Positions 63,503 through 64,000 of a DNA stretch of 64,000 nucleotides are shown here, piece after piece. The notes beneath the pieces were generated by a model. That model was not told where the DNA came from, did not search any database, and saw only the letters and a program-made list of their open reading frames with translations. Numbering within the stretch: the first letter of the stretch is position 1; each line of letters opens with the position of its first letter. The position numbers were made by a program, and so were the translations under genes. Origin of the DNA: Eledone cirrhosa (taxonomy: Eukaryota); contig OZ024741.1 in NCBI GenBank assembly GCA_964016885.1, positions 12,090,001-12,154,000 of the forward strand, written 5' to 3'.

Positions 63503-63944
63503 AAACGAAAAATCAGTGATGCATCTGGACTTAATTTATTGCGCGTTACAATTGTTTCGCCGGCAGGTAGCACGAGACATGGTCCTTGTATGGATCTGGC
63601 TGATTCTACTTCTGCAGGTTCTTGAAGACATGGGCATTTCGTTTGGAGCAAATTTTATCACTGGGGTGTTATCATAAAAAAAAACACCCTAAAAAAACCC
63701 TACTTCCACTCTTGTCATGCCATTGGCTGTTTTTACTCCACGTCATCACAAGTTCTGGTCCCTATTTACTGCCGCACAGGTCATCAGCCATTTTCCGTCT
63801 GACACATTTCGATGGTGTCATGTTGGGTTCAGTATCTCACACGTCTGTTCACACTTCAGAGTAAGCACCCACACATACTAATATACACACACATATACAC
63901 ACACATGCAGCGCCTATGGAAGCACCATAGCTACCATTATACAC

Positions 63945-63947
<3 letters not shown>

Positions 63948-63980
<33 letters not shown>
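63948..63980. repeat. (TA)n microsatellite, preceded by a short imperfect (CA/TA)n run at ~63,870-63,905
   Basis: Direct reading. Confidence 0.95.
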
Positions 63981-63982
<2 letters not shown>

Positions 63983-64000
63983 TATTATATTCTAAGGCGG

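Noticed and set aside
61189-63864. Short 60-90 aa ORFs in the unique tail, a possible decayed gag/transposase fragment (~61,600-61,800, ~63,540-63,870) and splice-like sites (CTGCAG|G ~63,617; GA|GTAAGC ~63,861)
   Set aside because: No recognisable domain or intact motif, several non-ATG starts, and some overlap the SINE. A BLASTX/Dfam search would be needed.
63994-64000. AAGGCGG at the window end as the start of a second SINE
   Set aside because: It resembles the recalled 5' end of octopus SINEs, but 7 bases are insufficient evidence.

Overview
Eukaryotic, non-coding, repeat-dominated window; I can support no protein-coding gene, RNA gene or CRISPR array. Bases 1-~58,740 (about 92%) are one head-to-tail satellite of a 45-bp monomer, consensus CCAATACCACCACCACTAACACCACCATCAGACATCAATACCATA. 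It has ~1,300 copies by length, only 1 G per 45 nt on the + strand, and runs off the left edge. The array is hierarchical: indel-free in-phase blocks (~7.1-15.3, 27.8-39.9, 39.9-49.0 kb) alternate with indel-rich blocks. Nested duplications occur at 225 bp, 333 bp, 1,485 bp, 3,455 bp, ~4.5-4.8 kb and 20,659 bp, and the right edge (49-58.7 kb) is degenerate. The array ends at a palindromic strand-flip (ACCACT|AGTGGT) into a (GGT)n tract. After that come a 1.6-kb GTGACA minisatellite, a TAC/ACC microsatellite, a tRNA-type SINE with a 13-bp target-site duplication, AT-rich unique DNA, (TA)n tracts and a Helitron-type 3' terminus. The SINE resembles, from memory, octopus SINE families, so a cephalopod/mollusc source is my inference. 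The giant ORFs (up to 4,025 aa) are best explained as by-products of a 45-nt monomer that lacks stops in three frames. I see no evidence for a new gene-based system; the most notable features are the multi-level satellite architecture and its boundary.
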